Shown here: positions 62,884-64,000 of the stretch, in pieces
How positions within the stretch are numbered: position 1 is the stretch's first letter
Layout of the letters: every line of letters begins with the position of its first letter
Made by a program: the position numbers and the translations under genes
Assembly (NCBI GenBank): GCA_038087875.1
Contig: CM075991.1
Coordinates: 3,348,001-3,412,000, forward strand
Source: Malacoraja senta
Taxonomy: Eukaryota
Reading direction: 5' to 3'
Length of the DNA stretch: 64,000 nucleotides
Notes under the pieces: generated by a model
The model's input: only the letters and a program-made list of their open reading frames with translations
Databases searched by the model: none
Told to the model about the DNA's origin: nothing

Positions 62884-63025
62884 TCTTCTTCTTCTTGTGT
62901 ATGGCGTGCACAGCCTAAAGTTGTCGGACAACTTGTTCTATTTGATCTTATTTGATTGTGCACGCCAGGTTGATTGCATTGGTTGAAACAGGGCGGACCA
63001 CGTGAAGGTTGCAATCTCCCACCCC
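62884..63025 (-). mobile_element. HDV-ribozyme-headed short retroposon, copy A (uninterrupted, ~140 bp)
   Basis: TSD ATCTGAATGTACT at 62871-62883 and 63026-63038; (GAA)n tail. Confidence 0.9.
62972..63025 (-). ncRNA. HDV-like ribozyme fold, copy A
   Basis: GGGGTGG GA GATTGCA ACC TTCACGT GGT CCGCCCT GTTTCAAC CAA TGCAATC; P1, P2 and P3 fully paired. Confidence 0.8.
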
Positions 63026-63119
63026 ATCTGAATGTACTGAATGCAGTGCTTAGAATGCAGAAGGGCGCTATGTACACGTTTATCATCAGTTTAAACCCAT
63101 TTACCTGCATCTGTAGCCT

Positions 63120-63685
63120 TTATAATAATAATAATAATCATCATTTTATTTACTGGCACCTTTCTAAAACCCAAGGACACCTTACAAATGCATAGAATCA
63201 CAACAAAACAAAAAAAACACATAATCGGAATAAATTAAATAAAAAAACACCACAGTACACAAATCAAGGACAGAATTCAATTTCAAAGCACCAAAAGAAA
63301 ATAAGAAACACAATTTGAGGAGAGAGCAGCGGCGACCAATTCGCGCCAGCGTCCACTCTCCCCTCGACCGCCATCTTGTACACGGACTGACAGGCACAGG
63401 CACAGGCACAGGCACAGCACACAAAATCATCCCCCCACAATGACCACCACTGTGGGGGAAGGCACAATGTCCAGTCCCCAACCCAGTTCTCCCCAGAGTC
63501 AGGCCCAATTGCCTCCACAGTTGCCTCTACGGAGGCCCGACGTTCCTGGCCGTCGGGAGAGGTCCTCGGAGCGGCTGGAACGGCCGGTTTCCCGACGGAG
63601 TCGATGGCACCTGAAGCCGACAGGGCCGCGCTGATTTGGAGCCACGAGGCTCCCGATGTTGGAGTCGGCGCCGCCGCCCGCAGCT
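63120..63685 (-). mobile_element. GC-rich non-autonomous element with an L2-type 3' tail
   Basis: Minus-strand end TGTAAGGTGTCCTTGGGTTTTAGAAAGGTGCCAGTAAATAAAATG..(ATT)n. Confidence 0.6.
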
Positions 63686-63804
63686 GGTCTTGGAGTACTT
63701 GACTCAATGCTTTATAAACATCATTCGTATTTGCCTCCATCATCTCTTCAGGTCGGACGTTTCCAGACTTCAACTACCTGAGCTTAACCTAGCATCATGT
63801 TCAG

Positions 63805-64000
63805 TTTATTTTAGTTTAGTTCAGTTTAGAGATACAGCACGGAAACATGCCCTTCAGCCCACCCAGACCGCACCGACCAGCGATCTCCGCACATTAACAC
63901 TATCCTACACACTCTAGGGACAATTTACACTTATACCAAGCCAATGAACCTGCAAACCTGTACATCTTTGGAGTGCGGGAGGAAACCGAAGATCTCAGAG
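63805..64000 (-). mobile_element. HE1-type SINE 3' part, running off the window
   Basis: CR1-like tail and V-domain. Confidence 0.85.

Noticed and set aside
63264..63773. 169-aa minus-strand ORF that looks protein-like (MKSGNVRPEEMM...)
   Set aside because: The first ~90 nt look like a decayed CR1 3' region and the rest is a GC-rich L2-tailed repeat; no recognisable domain

Overview
This is eukaryotic, repeat-saturated vertebrate DNA. It is most likely from an elasmobranch (skate, ray or shark), inferred from abundant HE1/V-SINE-type tRNA-derived SINEs and HER1/CR1-type LINEs. No host protein-coding exon could be recognised. Bases 1-14.6 kb are a nest of L1 LINEs: an intact full-length minus-strand L1 with a 16-bp TSD sits inside ORF1 of an older plus-strand L1, followed by a BEL/Pao fragment and a 200-N gap. 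The rest is a mosaic of SINEs, CR1, Rex1/Babar and L2-tailed elements, Penelope-like (GIY-YIG) remnants with minimal hammerhead motifs, a decayed Gypsy provirus, PIF/Harbinger-like MITEs, a solo LTR and a MULE-like MITE. The main finding is a ~140-bp non-autonomous retroposon family with 3 copies. Each copy has 11-13-bp TSDs and a (GAA)n tail, has no tRNA head, and begins with a 54-nt minimal HDV-like ribozyme fold. In all three copies the element 5' end coincides exactly with the predicted cleavage site. All structure calls were made by eye and need computational and experimental confirmation.
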